The notes beneath the pieces are model-generated. The model made no database searches. It was not told where the DNA came from and was given only the letters and a program-made list of their open reading frames with translations. Below, piece by piece: positions 11,008-21,513 of a stretch of DNA of 64,000 nt (position 1 is the first letter of the stretch; each line of letters opens with the position of its first letter). Location of the stretch: positions 32,001 to 96,000 of IMG/VR virus record IMGVR_UViG_3300037319_000172. One strand, written 5' to 3'. Source of the stretch: a virus. The position numbers were made by a program, and so were the translations under genes.

Positions 11008-11039
11008 TTTTTATTGTTTTAAAGTTATGTGTAATAATT

Positions 11040-11198
11040 TTAGCTAATTTTAGCAATATTGTATATTAAACAAGCGAATGCAATACCTGTAGAAAAAGAG
11101 CTCATCATAAGAGGTACTCTTTTTTCTTCTTCTGCTTTATAAATAGTATAAGCTGTATTAGCATTAAATAATAATAGTAATATCCAAACGTAAATCAT
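11040..11198 (-). CDS. Small membrane protein (52 aa)
   Basis: MIYVWILLLLFNANTAYTIYKAEEEKRVPLMMSSFSTGIAFACLIYNIAKIS; first ORF after class I promoter; below the ORF track cutoff. Confidence 0.55.
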   Translation of the reverse strand: MIYVWILLLLFNANTAYTIYKAEEEKRVPLMMSSFSTGIAFACLIYNIAKIS

Positions 11199-11209
11199 AA
11201 TTCTTTTGT

Positions 11210-11247
11210 TTATTAGTTATAGGTAAATATAATCAATTTAATTGATA
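11210..11247 (-). promoter_or_regulatory. Class I (early-type) promoter repeat, copy 1
   Basis: Reverse complement TATCAATTAAATTGATTATATTTACCTATAACTAATAA; one of 8 copies. Confidence 0.8.
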
Positions 11248-11291
11248 CCTTAAAACTCTTATGCAACTTATTTGTTATTTATACTCATTAT

Positions 11292-11328
11292 AAACAAGAA
11301 GAGTCCAAACATAAATGAATGGACTCTT
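11292..11328 (-). terminator. Intrinsic terminator downstream of S1 gene
   Basis: AAGAGTCCA/TGGACTCTT stem followed by a T-rich run on the minus strand. Confidence 0.6.
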
Positions 11329-11348
11329 ATTTTATATAAAATTAATGA

Positions 11349-12617
11349 TTATATCTTTAAGAAAATCTTTCTAGTTTCTGAATCAATTCTAGTAACTTGT
11401 ACTGTCATTTTATCTCCAGGCTTAATAGTATCTAAATCTACAATATCTTCAATTTCTGAGATATGTAATAGTCCAGCTACTCCTTTTTCAATATCTACAA
11501 AGATTCCATAATCTTTAACTGCTTTTACAGTTCCTACAACCTCACTAGGTGTTTTAATTCTGTCTGTGATTCCTTCCCATAGATCAACTACTGGTTTTGA
11601 ATCGATTTGAGTTAAAATAATCTTCTCATTAGATACAACTTCTTTAATCTTAAAGACAACTTCATCTCCAGGTTGGATTTCTCTACCTTTATGTGCCTTT
11701 AATAATTCAGGAGTTAAATCATTAACGTGAATCATTCCTGTTAAACATTCATCAAACTCTACAAATACTCCGTATTTAGCAGAACCTGTAACTTTACCGG
11801 TAATTTCTTGATTTAAGTTTTCTTGTAATGCTTCTATCTTAGAAGGTATCATCGCTTTTAAGTATTCTCTGTGAGATACTACAATAGTTCCTCTCTTTTC
11901 AGAAAAACTAACAGGTACTACATACATATTAGTTCCTACGATAGATTCGAAGTCTGCTAATTTATTAATTCCAGCCAAAGAGCCTGGCATAAAGCAATCA
12001 ATCCCTTGAATTGTTACAATGTAACCTCCTCCTGGAATCATTTGAGAAACTAATCCCATATAACCAGTTGAAGCCTCTTCGATAGATTCCATGATCTCAG
12101 CAACTACTGCTGATTTAACTCCAGCACTGATAGATCCTAAAACATATCCTTTAGATCCTCCCATTTGAAGAACCTGAATTTTAACATCAGCTCCAAATAC
12201 AAACAATCCTCTAACGCTTATTTCTTCTTTCAATACATTAACATATACACTTTCGCGATATCCAATATCTACTGAAACCCATTCTGCATTAATACTATCG
12301 ATTTTACCCGAGTATATTTTACCAACTTCAACTTGCATTTGCATTGGTCTAGATTCTTCATATCCATTTAATAGGTTTAAGAAATCCTGAGCATATGGTT
12401 CATGTGAATACACATTATGTTGTCCTGAATTTTTAAGACTTTTATTTATCTTTCTAGATCTAGAAGGACATGATGCTTGGTGAGCATCCCAGTCAAATTT
12501 TGAAGGTTCGACGTTTGCATTTTCTAAATATGCTAATTTGTCTGATTTTTTTACTGTTTGAGCTTCTGGTTTATCTGAAACCATACGTACTCTTGATACT
12601 TTAACGTCTTTTGACAT
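11349..12617 (-). CDS. rpsA: Phage-encoded ribosomal protein bS1 homologue (4 S1 domains)
   Basis: S1 repeats VSVDIGY, FMPGS...VVSHR, YGVFVEF..GMIHV and YGIFVDI..GLLHISEI; FDWDAH segment resembles Bacteroidota bS1 N-terminus. Confidence 0.85.
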   Translation of the reverse strand: MSKDVKVSRVRMVSDKPEAQTVKKSDKLAYLENANVEPSKFDWDAHQASCPSRSRKINKSLKNSGQHNVYSHEPYAQDFLNLLNGYEESRPMQMQVEVGKIYSGKIDSINAEWVSVDIGYRESVYVNVLKEEISVRGLFVFGADVKIQVLQMGGSKGYVLGSISAGVKSAVVAEIMESIEEASTGYMGLVSQMIPGGGYIVTIQGIDCFMPGSLAGINKLADFESIVGTNMYVVPVSFSEKRGTIVVSHREYLKAMIPSKIEALQENLNQEITGKVTGSAKYGVFVEFDECLTGMIHVNDLTPELLKAHKGREIQPGDEVVFKIKEVVSNEKIILTQIDSKPVVDLWEGITDRIKTPSEVVGTVKAVKDYGIFVDIEKGVAGLLHISEIEDIVDLDTIKPGDKMTVQVTRIDSETRKIFLKI

Positions 12618-12671
12618 TGTTTTTTTAATTTAAGTAGTTAATAATTAATAATTGTTTTAGTATATATCTCT

Positions 12672-14459
12672 TTAAAATACAACCGGAATAAATCCTATCA
12701 TAGGAATTGGACCGACTGACGTTGATAATTGTCCTACATATATGAATTTAAAAGATAACAAATGTTTTGCACATACTGCTGCAATAGCGGCTGCAACTAA
12801 TTTAGTAGCAACTGGAATTCCAGGTGGTTTGTCAAATGATTTACCTGTGTTAAATGCTCTTCTTAATCCTGATGCAAGTTTTGATGTACTTCCGTAATAA
12901 ACTGGTATAAATGATCCTGGGCTTGGTATATTACAAGGCGTGACTGCAGGTGAAGCTTTAAATGGTTGAACTGCTGTTGATAACCAATATGCCTTTATCG
13001 CTTTTGCAATTGTGTCATATCCATCAGCTGAACCTTCTACGTCTTCTTCAGAATTTTCTTGATCTAGTTCATTAGCCCACTGTCGTTGTAGTTCTCTGAA
13101 TCTATCTCTTTCTTCTGCGTATTGTTCTTCTAGTTTTTTATTTATATTATTTCTAACACTATTATCTCTGGTTGCCTTTCCTTTATCATGTTTATGTATG
13201 TACACGAACTTACATATAAATTTATTAGTAAACCATTCAGGTAATTCAGTAGGCCTATCTTCATGTCCTTCTTGAAAAACATACTGATTTATAGTAGATT
13301 CTTTTTTATAAACTGGAATTACTTCAGTTAATTTATATCTATTGTCAACATTAGGATCCTCAGTTTCAGGAGTGTAATAGAATCCACTTCTATTTTCCTT
13401 TCTGTACTCTATCCTATTTTTATTGGCAATCTCTTTTATTTTATTGTATACCTTTCTACCAATAGTTTTGTCGTCTCCTTTTTTAATAGTATTAATCCAC
13501 TTATTAAATTCTGGAGTTCCGTTATTTTGAGCCATTACTCTGTCAACTAAAGAATCTATAATTTCTTCATCTGATAGTTCTGGTATTGGCATATGAGTTT
13601 CTGGTATTAAAGCCTCCAACTCTGTATTATTTTGAGGTTCTTCGTTAGAATCAATTACGTCGATATCTGTTATGTTTCCATCTAATCCTATTTTTATAGA
13701 TTTAGATTTATTAATTTCTTTTATAACAACTTCTCCTGTTGAATCTAAGATACTTACAAACTTATAAGTATATTTACCAGGATACGCGGGGATTTCAATA
13801 TCTAACATGCCCTCTGTTGTTGCTGATGTCAATACTTGTTCCTCTCCGTTGATCTGGTATTTTATTTTATATGATTGATTTTTATCGAAGTCTTTTATAG
13901 AAAATCTAGCGATGTTTGTTTTAATAGGTGCCGCTGAGTTTTCTTTATCTAAATTTCCTTGGTCTTTTATTAATTGAAAGTCTACGTTTGCAAAGAAATC
14001 TAATTCTTTATGTAATGGACATGTTGTTTCGAAAAATGGATAGAATTTGAATTTATCTAATCTATCTTTATTTTCAATTGCCCACTTCTCAAGTTCACAG
14101 TATGGATTGTAACTAAGATCTGGTTCTGGTAATGCATCAAATAAATCGGCATACTTTTCCGCAAGTAGCCTGTTTTTCATTTCTTCTGAGCTTTTAATCT
14201 CATTAAATATTTCCTGAAATCCTTTTTTAAAACCTTCTTCTAATACAGGCTTTTGACCTGATTCGTGTAAGTTACCAAAAGGTGTTTGTGATGTTTTAAC
14301 TGCGTCGAAATATTCTTGAGCTAATATCTTACTAAAATCCGTTAAATAGTTTTCATCGGGATTCTTACTCACGTCTGTATTTGGAGAAGATCCATCAATG
14401 TTTCCACTACTCATTTGAGTGGATATGTTTTTAATAAATATAGGCCAATTTGCCGGCAT
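12672..14459 (-). CDS. Putative tail/baseplate protein
   Basis: 595 aa directly downstream of the gp5-like gene; Pro/Gly-rich C-terminal domain. Confidence 0.45.
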   Translation of the reverse strand: MPANWPIFIKNISTQMSSGNIDGSSPNTDVSKNPDENYLTDFSKILAQEYFDAVKTSQTPFGNLHESGQKPVLEEGFKKGFQEIFNEIKSSEEMKNRLLAEKYADLFDALPEPDLSYNPYCELEKWAIENKDRLDKFKFYPFFETTCPLHKELDFFANVDFQLIKDQGNLDKENSAAPIKTNIARFSIKDFDKNQSYKIKYQINGEEQVLTSATTEGMLDIEIPAYPGKYTYKFVSILDSTGEVVIKEINKSKSIKIGLDGNITDIDVIDSNEEPQNNTELEALIPETHMPIPELSDEEIIDSLVDRVMAQNNGTPEFNKWINTIKKGDDKTIGRKVYNKIKEIANKNRIEYRKENRSGFYYTPETEDPNVDNRYKLTEVIPVYKKESTINQYVFQEGHEDRPTELPEWFTNKFICKFVYIHKHDKGKATRDNSVRNNINKKLEEQYAEERDRFRELQRQWANELDQENSEEDVEGSADGYDTIAKAIKAYWLSTAVQPFKASPAVTPCNIPSPGSFIPVYYGSTSKLASGLRRAFNTGKSFDKPPGIPVATKLVAAAIAAVCAKHLLSFKFIYVGQLSTSVGPIPMIGFIPVVF

Positions 14460-14491
14460 CTTAGTTAGGTTTTATAAAGTATTTATCCTAA

Positions 14492-15211
14492 TTATTTTCC
14501 AGTCTGTTGGTAATTAACATGTTCTGACTTTAAAGTTGCTATCGCTGAAACTGTAGGTGGCGTTGGAGGACCTGAAGGTCCTGTCCCTGTTGGATGAAAG
14601 TGTTTTTGATAATCATCTAGTAGATTATTTAACCATCCTTCTAATGAAACTCCTCTAACAGCTGGTTCAGATTCATCTTCATCTCCTTCTCCAGTATTAC
14701 TTAAGAATATGTTTCCTGAATCTAAAAATATCTTTTCAGTTGTTGAAATTTTAATAATGCCAGCTTCATCAATTTGTATCAAAGGTCTTTCTTTAGCACC
14801 ACTTCCTCTTGTTATTACCAAACCATCTTCGGGAGAATGATATATCCTTACATTCCTGACGGCGTCATATACTAATGAAACTACATCATGAGCTGCCTCT
14901 GACGGATCTAATATGTCTTCTTTTAATTCTTTATTTTGGTTTATCTGAAACCAATATTCAGGGTGGTATATGTTACCATTATCAAATCTTACAGCGACAA
15001 TATCACCAATACGAGGTACCATTTGTGAACCTACTGCGTCTCTATTCATTGCAGTCGCCCATGGAATAGATTCAGTTTCTAATAAGTCAAACTTACCATA
15101 CACTTTTACCCTGCATCTGCTTAAGTTTGAAGGATCTACATTATCAACCACTTCTCCTAACCAATGAGTTTCTCTAATATTGTCTTTTTCAAGTTCTTTA
15201 TCTGTTGCCAT
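14492..15211 (-). CDS. Baseplate central spike (gp5/gpV-like, N-terminal OB fold)
   Basis: WLGEVVDNVDP..SRCRVKV...IPWA...VPRIGDIVAVRF; C-terminal H-x-H (HFHPT). Confidence 0.85.
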   Translation of the reverse strand: MATDKELEKDNIRETHWLGEVVDNVDPSNLSRCRVKVYGKFDLLETESIPWATAMNRDAVGSQMVPRIGDIVAVRFDNGNIYHPEYWFQINQNKELKEDILDPSEAAHDVVSLVYDAVRNVRIYHSPEDGLVITRGSGAKERPLIQIDEAGIIKISTTEKIFLDSGNIFLSNTGEGDEDESEPAVRGVSLEGWLNNLLDDYQKHFHPTGTGPSGPPTPPTVSAIATLKSEHVNYQQTGK

Positions 15212-16386
15212 TAATCGTGTATATTACCTAATGATTTAGCTGCTGCGCTATTCAGCGCATCTCCTATTGTTTGATTTCCTCCAGAAGTTATTCCATGAAC
15301 ATTATCTGCTATTGCAGTCTGAACGCTATTTTGATTAGCAACTGGATTCGTTGCACTATCTACCCCTTGGACAAAATCTTTATACAAGTTGTTAACTCCA
15401 ACATTTAATCTACCTACTGTAGCGTTTCTAGCTTGCTGCTTTAATTCATTAACTCGGTTTATTGAAGTGTTTTTTAAATCTGTAACAGCTCTATCTGCGA
15501 ATGCCATACCCTTTTTAACAGCTTGATCCTTTAAATAATCTCCTATACCGTCTATTTGCTTGTTTTCAGTATCAGGTGCTGGTGATAAATCATCCTTATT
15601 AAATCTGCTTTCTACTATTCCATTTAAAACTCTAGATTCGATATCATATAAACCTTCATAGTTTATTGTTATTTCACCTGTTGCTGCGTCTGTTGGTGAT
15701 TTTTGTAAATCTGCAAATATACTAGTTCCTGATGTAAGATCGAATTCACAAAACTTAAGTGCAAACATAAAATAAGGTCTAGCACTAGATCCTGATATTC
15801 CAGCATTTGAATTTTCTACACCAATTGACGGTTTAAAATTATCTGGAAATCCATCTAAATCAACTCCACTTACTTTAGGGTTTGTCATATTTTTAATAGA
15901 TCTTACTTCAGTAACATAAACATACATTCTAAATTTTCTTAAATTACAAGGTAATACATAAGTCCATTTTCTTTCATCGAAAACTGCAACTCTATATAAG
16001 TGCATTAAACCTGATATTGTTAAATTGATAGATTCTAATGTTGTAATAACTAACTTAGCGTCGTCTCCTCCGAAATAAGCATTCATTGGGTTGTACTGCT
16101 GTAATCTTTCTAAACCAGAAAGACTTTGCCAAAACCAAGGCATTTCATTGTTAATATGTTTTAATGCTTTTTTAAAGTTTTGAAGTGCTTCTAATTTCTC
16201 TGTATAATAAGGACTACCGTTTGCCAGTTTAGCTAAAAAGTCCTCTGCTGGCTTTGATAAAAGAGGAGAGTTTGCAGCATCCGCAAAATCAAACAACATC
16301 AGAAACGACATATAAGTCGGATCTTGATAATCGTTCTTTGATTTTTTACCCTTTCTAAAATCTGCTATTTTCTTAAAATCTGACAT
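15211..16386 (-). CDS. Tail tube-like/baseplate protein
   Basis: Lies between hub and spike genes; F-x-F-x-x-CEF tube-fold pattern. Confidence 0.45.
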   Translation of the reverse strand: MSDFKKIADFRKGKKSKNDYQDPTYMSFLMLFDFADAANSPLLSKPAEDFLAKLANGSPYYTEKLEALQNFKKALKHINNEMPWFWQSLSGLERLQQYNPMNAYFGGDDAKLVITTLESINLTISGLMHLYRVAVFDERKWTYVLPCNLRKFRMYVYVTEVRSIKNMTNPKVSGVDLDGFPDNFKPSIGVENSNAGISGSSARPYFMFALKFCEFDLTSGTSIFADLQKSPTDAATGEITINYEGLYDIESRVLNGIVESRFNKDDLSPAPDTENKQIDGIGDYLKDQAVKKGMAFADRAVTDLKNTSINRVNELKQQARNATVGRLNVGVNNLYKDFVQGVDSATNPVANQNSVQTAIADNVHGITSGGNQTIGDALNSAAAKSLGNIHD

Positions 16387-16413
16387 ATACTATTTATCTT
16401 GTTTTTATTAAGA

Positions 16414-17919
16414 TTATTTTTTAATAGAATCCATATTATTTAATCTACCAGGCCATTCTCTTCTCAACAGTGTCATACTTTGTCGTATTGCTCCATTCTT
16501 ATAAAAATATCTAATAGATCCTACTATATAAAATCCACTTAAAAATTCATCAACAATATTAGAAGTATCTCCGGTAACATCATCAATATCTGCTGACTGC
16601 GATGCTTCAAAACCAAGTTCTTCTTTTTTAGCTTTTGCCGCCATGTCCGCTACAACCTGATTATACGTTTGTTGATATACTACTACTGGTATTTTTTGAA
16701 ATCTATATATTGCTGGATTCCAAGAAGACAACTCAACTTCTAAAAACATTTTATTTAATTCTTGTAAGTTTTGCTGATTATGTATTCCAGAAAAGTTATA
16801 GTTTAAGTGTGTATTTGAAGTCGCAGGATCATTATCTCTTCTTCCTACATATTTATACTTTATTTCTTGTTTATATCTCTCCTCATCCCTACGACCCTTC
16901 AGAGGCTCTACAATGTCCTTTAGTACAGTCGATGATAAAGGCTCTATATTAAAGTTAACTAATCCTTCCTCAGAATCGTTTTCAAAGAACTGTAACACTC
17001 TTTTATATCCATTCTTTTTGGACATTCTTCCAGCATTATTTTTTAAAGAGTATTTATCAATATGTAAATTAGTGCCTTCTAATTCAGGTTTTGTAGATAA
17101 TAAAAGATCTGATTTAATTTCGTTAGTTGTATTAGATGCGTCTTTATCTACTATGTCGTTTAAGTCTATGTCCATTGCAATTAATGCTTCTTCAAAATCA
17201 TCAGGTGCATTTAACATAACATTTAAATCAACATACGTTAGATAATAAAAAGGATCTATACAAAATGTTTGAAAAGAATCATCATTAACATATGAGTGTT
17301 TTACTAGATCTTCAATAGTATCTATAATAGGCTCAAATGCTGTTATACAATTTGATTCATCGTTTGTCGTATCGACATTACTTGCGAATCCTATTTTTAA
17401 ATCTGTTGCTATCTTTTCTAAATGATCTATCGTAGTACCTTTACCGTATGATTTACATTGCTCAGCGTTTATTCCTGGTATTTTCATTTCACCAGAAAAA
17501 GTGTATTTTCCTCCGCCGTCTCCCTTGATAAGCACACTGCTTGGTGGAGAATCAACTTCAGTTATGTCAAAGTCAATGTGTATGTCTTTATAGTCGTTTT
17601 TAGATCTAGCAGCCATTCTAACTGTAATTACATCGCCATCTCGTGGAAATGATTCTGCATTAAAATTAGATCCGTTATCTACAACTGTTAATTCTAAAGT
17701 AGGTAACATGCCGTCAATATTAAGTTCAAATGATTTAATATCGTTCTGGTTAAACCTATATCCATTTATTATTATCAATGGAAACTCTACTCCCATGCCT
17801 CTAGTTGTATTTGAATTCCCTGGATTATCTCCGTCCTCTTCACTATACGATTCGAATTTGTATTCATCGAGTTTTAATGTAGGTTCTAACCTTGTTAATA
17901 TCTTTCCTTCTAATGCCAT
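16414..17919 (-). CDS. Baseplate hub protein (gp27/GpD-like)
   Basis: Position; C-terminal LSGFYIVGSIRY...QSMTLLRR motif. Confidence 0.6.
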   Translation of the reverse strand: MALEGKILTRLEPTLKLDEYKFESYSEEDGDNPGNSNTTRGMGVEFPLIIINGYRFNQNDIKSFELNIDGMLPTLELTVVDNGSNFNAESFPRDGDVITVRMAARSKNDYKDIHIDFDITEVDSPPSSVLIKGDGGGKYTFSGEMKIPGINAEQCKSYGKGTTIDHLEKIATDLKIGFASNVDTTNDESNCITAFEPIIDTIEDLVKHSYVNDDSFQTFCIDPFYYLTYVDLNVMLNAPDDFEEALIAMDIDLNDIVDKDASNTTNEIKSDLLLSTKPELEGTNLHIDKYSLKNNAGRMSKKNGYKRVLQFFENDSEEGLVNFNIEPLSSTVLKDIVEPLKGRRDEERYKQEIKYKYVGRRDNDPATSNTHLNYNFSGIHNQQNLQELNKMFLEVELSSWNPAIYRFQKIPVVVYQQTYNQVVADMAAKAKKEELGFEASQSADIDDVTGDTSNIVDEFLSGFYIVGSIRYFYKNGAIRQSMTLLRREWPGRLNNMDSIKK

Positions 17920-17920
17920 T

Positions 17921-18412
17921 TTATAGTATTATAGTGTCTCCGTTAATATCTATGTTCTTTTCTCCGTCTTTTAAAATATTCGGCGGAACGATCTGAGTAG
18001 ATCCGTTTTGTTTTTCTGCCGCTTTCTTTTTTAAATAAGATGCTCTACCAGCGTCTTTAACTGTTAACCTCTTAGAATCTATAAATTGATCTTTAATAGA
18101 TGTTTCTTTTGAAGTTCCTGCTTCTTTTATTGTTTTCCAAGCTTTAAATTTAATATCAAGAGGTGGAATGTTTAATACATCTCCTTCATTAATTGAAAAA
18201 GGATTAGAAATATTATTAAACTTTAAAATTAGTTCCGAAGCATCTTCGTCGTTATAATATATTTTAGATATCATATCTATTCTACATACTTCATCCGCAG
18301 TAACAATGTGAGTTGCTATTGTTTGAGTCTCTTCTGGAAATATAACGTAAGGTTCTCCTAATCTTACCTTGTCGTCTTTTATCTTTTTATTATCTATAGA
18401 TTTGAATTTCAT
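17921..18412 (-). CDS. LysM-like baseplate wedge protein (gp53-like)
   Basis: RIDMISKIYY...ILKFNNISNPFSINEGDVLNIP. Confidence 0.8.
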   Translation of the reverse strand: MKFKSIDNKKIKDDKVRLGEPYVIFPEETQTIATHIVTADEVCRIDMISKIYYNDEDASELILKFNNISNPFSINEGDVLNIPPLDIKFKAWKTIKEAGTSKETSIKDQFIDSKRLTVKDAGRASYLKKKAAEKQNGSTQIVPPNILKDGEKNIDINGDTIIL

Positions 18413-18413
18413 A

Positions 18414-20162
18414 TTATCCGTTTACTTGTTTTGTCAGCTCGCTGTCCAAGTCCGATTTTTGTTGTTTACTATATGCGTTTACATTTGTAGTATTATTGAT
18501 GTCTTTCTCTCCATCAGGTTGTATGTAGAATCTACCTCGACCTGCATTAAACATACTTTCTATTTCTGCTTTATCTCTAGGTCTTGCTGGTTTCAACGTA
18601 ACTTCAACGACTAATCTTTCTGGAAAATCCTGAACTCCCATAGGTCCTTCAAAACTAACAGAAGTATCAGTACATGCTAAGTTACCAATAACAGCAATTG
18701 GATTTAATGGATTTCCTATAGTAACATGCCATTGTCCAGTAGGATCTCCTGTTAACAATGAATTAACTGCCATACCTCCTTGTGGAGAATTAAACATTTT
18801 CATCATCGAACCTCCTAAAAGATTATTTAAAGTCTTTCCTACTCCTCCTCCTTTTATAAAATCTTTAGCACCAGCTACGATATCATCCATCGGATTTCCA
18901 GAATTTTTACCTGTTAAATCGCTAATAATAGATTTCATAAATCCTGCAGCATCTCCATTTCTTAATTTACCAATATCACCTAAAGGCCTAGCGACAGAAC
19001 CATCTCCAATATATCGAGTAGCTCCACCCCAGAAAGGTGCATTATTATATGTAAGTGCTAATATATTAGATAATTGATCTAACATTAATATTTTTGGATT
19101 AGCTCCTCCTAAATCTCTTAGTTCATATTCGAATTTAAGTTTAAACTCTTGATCAAAGTTTAATCCAGATTCTCTTACTAAAACCTCTTTAATAACGTTT
19201 AAAGGTCCAAATACGTGATTAGGATATGTTTCCTTAAATGAATCATAACCTGCACCTCCATTATCTAATCTAGATTGTTCGGCAGCAGATCTACCAGAAG
19301 CAGCGTTACCTGCCGCCTTAAGTATTTTATTATTATTAATGAATGATCCTGCAGTTCCTGATTGTGCTCCTCTTCTAGATTGAATTTCTTGAACAGCAGC
19401 TTCTGCCTTCTTCCAATTATACCCATGTGAAAACTTCATGATGTCTTCCAATTTATTACCGGTTGCTTCTCCTAGCCATGTTACTGCTCTCGCGATATCA
19501 GGTTGTGGAACATTGTCGCCTGTTAATCCTTTTGGACTAATAATGTCATCGGGTGATGGGAATGAAAACCTTCTTAAAGTTATCATCATGTTATTTGGTA
19601 TTTTACCAAAATATTTAGTTAATGCAAAATCAGAATACTGATATCTATATCCTGCTCCACCGCTAGTATCTGTCATTTCTATGATTTTAGAAGCAGTTGG
19701 ATTAATTAAAGTTTTAGGATCTATTTTATTAAAAAACTTAGTCTGACCTTCAACCTTAGAACCAGTTGATGTCATTGGAGTCCCTCTGAAATTAACTAAA
19801 GAGTATTTATTAAAAAGAGAGTATGGACGAGGGCCGATACTAATATTAGCATCTCCATTAACATCCTTATGTCTATATGATGCCACTGAATCTGTATAAA
19901 AAACATCTCCTCCAATGGTACCTCTATTTTCTTGAGTAGGTTCACCCTGTATTGCAGCAACATTTAAACTAGAATCTTCAACGTTAGAAGACTTTAAAGA
20001 ATTCTCGTTGTTTCTAGTTCTTATCTGAGCGTTAACTCCATCAGGATTTTCAATATCAAATAAATCGTTAAGTTTATCTTTTATTGTGTTAGTTCCTAAT
20101 TCACTAAGATTTGTAATTGCCTCGTTTGAGTTATTTATACCTCCACTAATGTCTAATCCCAT
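18414..20162 (-). CDS. Putative tail/baseplate tube-initiator-like protein
   Basis: Upstream of the LysM gene; C-terminal IGNLACTDTSVSF...FP..VEVTLK tube-fold-like region. Confidence 0.45.
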   Translation of the reverse strand: MGLDISGGINNSNEAITNLSELGTNTIKDKLNDLFDIENPDGVNAQIRTRNNENSLKSSNVEDSSLNVAAIQGEPTQENRGTIGGDVFYTDSVASYRHKDVNGDANISIGPRPYSLFNKYSLVNFRGTPMTSTGSKVEGQTKFFNKIDPKTLINPTASKIIEMTDTSGGAGYRYQYSDFALTKYFGKIPNNMMITLRRFSFPSPDDIISPKGLTGDNVPQPDIARAVTWLGEATGNKLEDIMKFSHGYNWKKAEAAVQEIQSRRGAQSGTAGSFINNNKILKAAGNAASGRSAAEQSRLDNGGAGYDSFKETYPNHVFGPLNVIKEVLVRESGLNFDQEFKLKFEYELRDLGGANPKILMLDQLSNILALTYNNAPFWGGATRYIGDGSVARPLGDIGKLRNGDAAGFMKSIISDLTGKNSGNPMDDIVAGAKDFIKGGGVGKTLNNLLGGSMMKMFNSPQGGMAVNSLLTGDPTGQWHVTIGNPLNPIAVIGNLACTDTSVSFEGPMGVQDFPERLVVEVTLKPARPRDKAEIESMFNAGRGRFYIQPDGEKDINNTTNVNAYSKQQKSDLDSELTKQVNG

Positions 20163-20215
20163 ATATATTATACTATTGTTTTATACGTAGTACTCTATAT
20201 ATTAGTATTAATTGC

Positions 20216-20806
20216 CTAACCTTTTAAGTTATCGTATTCAGGGCCCATTGGTCGGAATAAAAGTTTGTTGAAGTACTCCGGATCTTTAGGTATTCTGTCA
20301 CCTAGAAACTTTTTAAGATGTGCCTCGAATACTCCTTTAGATTCGTAATAGTATTTACCCTTAGAATAAGAACGTCTAGAAGCTCTCTCATACAACTCTC
20401 TGATCTCTTTTTCAATTAAAAAGTCTTGTATATTTAAATAGAGTTCATTTATTTCATTAAGAGTTCGAGTACACATTACAGAATCTACTGTAATCATGTA
20501 TGTCTCTGCATTCGCATCTAAATACTTTTGAAGTTCTTCCTTATTTTTAATACCAGATCTATTAAACCTAAATTTAGTAGCGCCACCTTTAAAGTTTTTC
20601 TCGAAGTTCATCTCGAAGAAATATCTTTTTAAGAAATTAATATCATCATAGAATTTAACTATTCTTATTTGATACTTCGGCATTGTTTCGTCAAATTTAA
20701 CGTCGTAGATTAGCGCCCTAACAGGGAAAACGATATTTGAATATCGAGTGTTTGAAATAAGAGCATGTATGTATTCACCTTTACTAAATAAACGATGTCT
20801 AATCAT
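20216..20806 (-). CDS. Hypothetical protein
   Basis: 196 aa coupled ORF. Confidence 0.65.
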   Translation of the reverse strand: MIRHRLFSKGEYIHALISNTRYSNIVFPVRALIYDVKFDETMPKYQIRIVKFYDDINFLKRYFFEMNFEKNFKGGATKFRFNRSGIKNKEELQKYLDANAETYMITVDSVMCTRTLNEINELYLNIQDFLIEKEIRELYERASRRSYSKGKYYYESKGVFEAHLKKFLGDRIPKDPEYFNKLLFRPMGPEYDNLKG

Positions 20807-21221
20807 TGTCTATAAATTTAATAAAATCAAATTGACCTATAATACTACGAGAAGGTACTTCATCCATGTTTAAAGAATTAAGAACAAATTCTATATCTCT
20901 ATCAGTATAACTATATACCATTTCTTTAAAGTTAAGTACAGTATCTTGTGAAAGGTCTCTAAAAGTGTATACTATTGTTGTAGTTTTTTTCTTTTCAGAA
21001 TTCATAACAGTTTTAAATGAATTCATTATATTTAAACCAATGACATAATCATTAGGTTCTTTACTGTATGGATCTGATTTAATTAGTTTATTTTTAATAA
21101 TAGAAAAGTCGATAACAGTCAACTGCGGATCTTCAATAGCTCTCACGAACTTGTTGAAATCTCTTTTTGACTGATACCAAACACATTCTATTGTTAAATT
21201 ATCCATTCCTTGTTGATTCAA
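20799..21221 (-). CDS. Hypothetical protein
   Basis: 140 aa; true start probably the internal MDNLTIE. Confidence 0.6.
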   Translation of the reverse strand: MNQQGMDNLTIECVWYQSKRDFNKFVRAIEDPQLTVIDFSIIKNKLIKSDPYSKEPNDYVIGLNIMNSFKTVMNSEKKKTTTIVYTFRDLSQDTVLNFKEMVYSYTDRDIEFVLNSLNMDEVPSRSIIGQFDFIKFIDND

Positions 21222-21513
21222 GATTCTGTATCTGAGCCTTGAGATTCTTTATTTTAAAGTCGATTTCCTTGTCGGTTGGTTTGTAATTAGAACCCCAACA
21301 TGGATTTACTTGTATTTGAATTTTTGAATTTGAATTTCCAAACTCTAATCCAAGATCGACACTTAGTTCTTCAATAAATTTAATCTTATTAGATACAGAA
21401 TTAAATTCATAGATTGTAGTAGACTCATAAGCCTCTCCACCTCCGTTTATATTGTCATCAGTAACGCTTTTAATAACACCGTTATCTGCCAGTTTTATAT
21501 TAATCTCTTGCAT
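21199..21513 (-). CDS. Hypothetical protein
   Basis: 104 aa coupled ORF. Confidence 0.6.
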   Translation of the reverse strand: MQEINIKLADNGVIKSVTDDNINGGGEAYESTTIYEFNSVSNKIKFIEELSVDLGLEFGNSNSKIQIQVNPCWGSNYKPTDKEIDFKIKNLKAQIQNLESTRNG

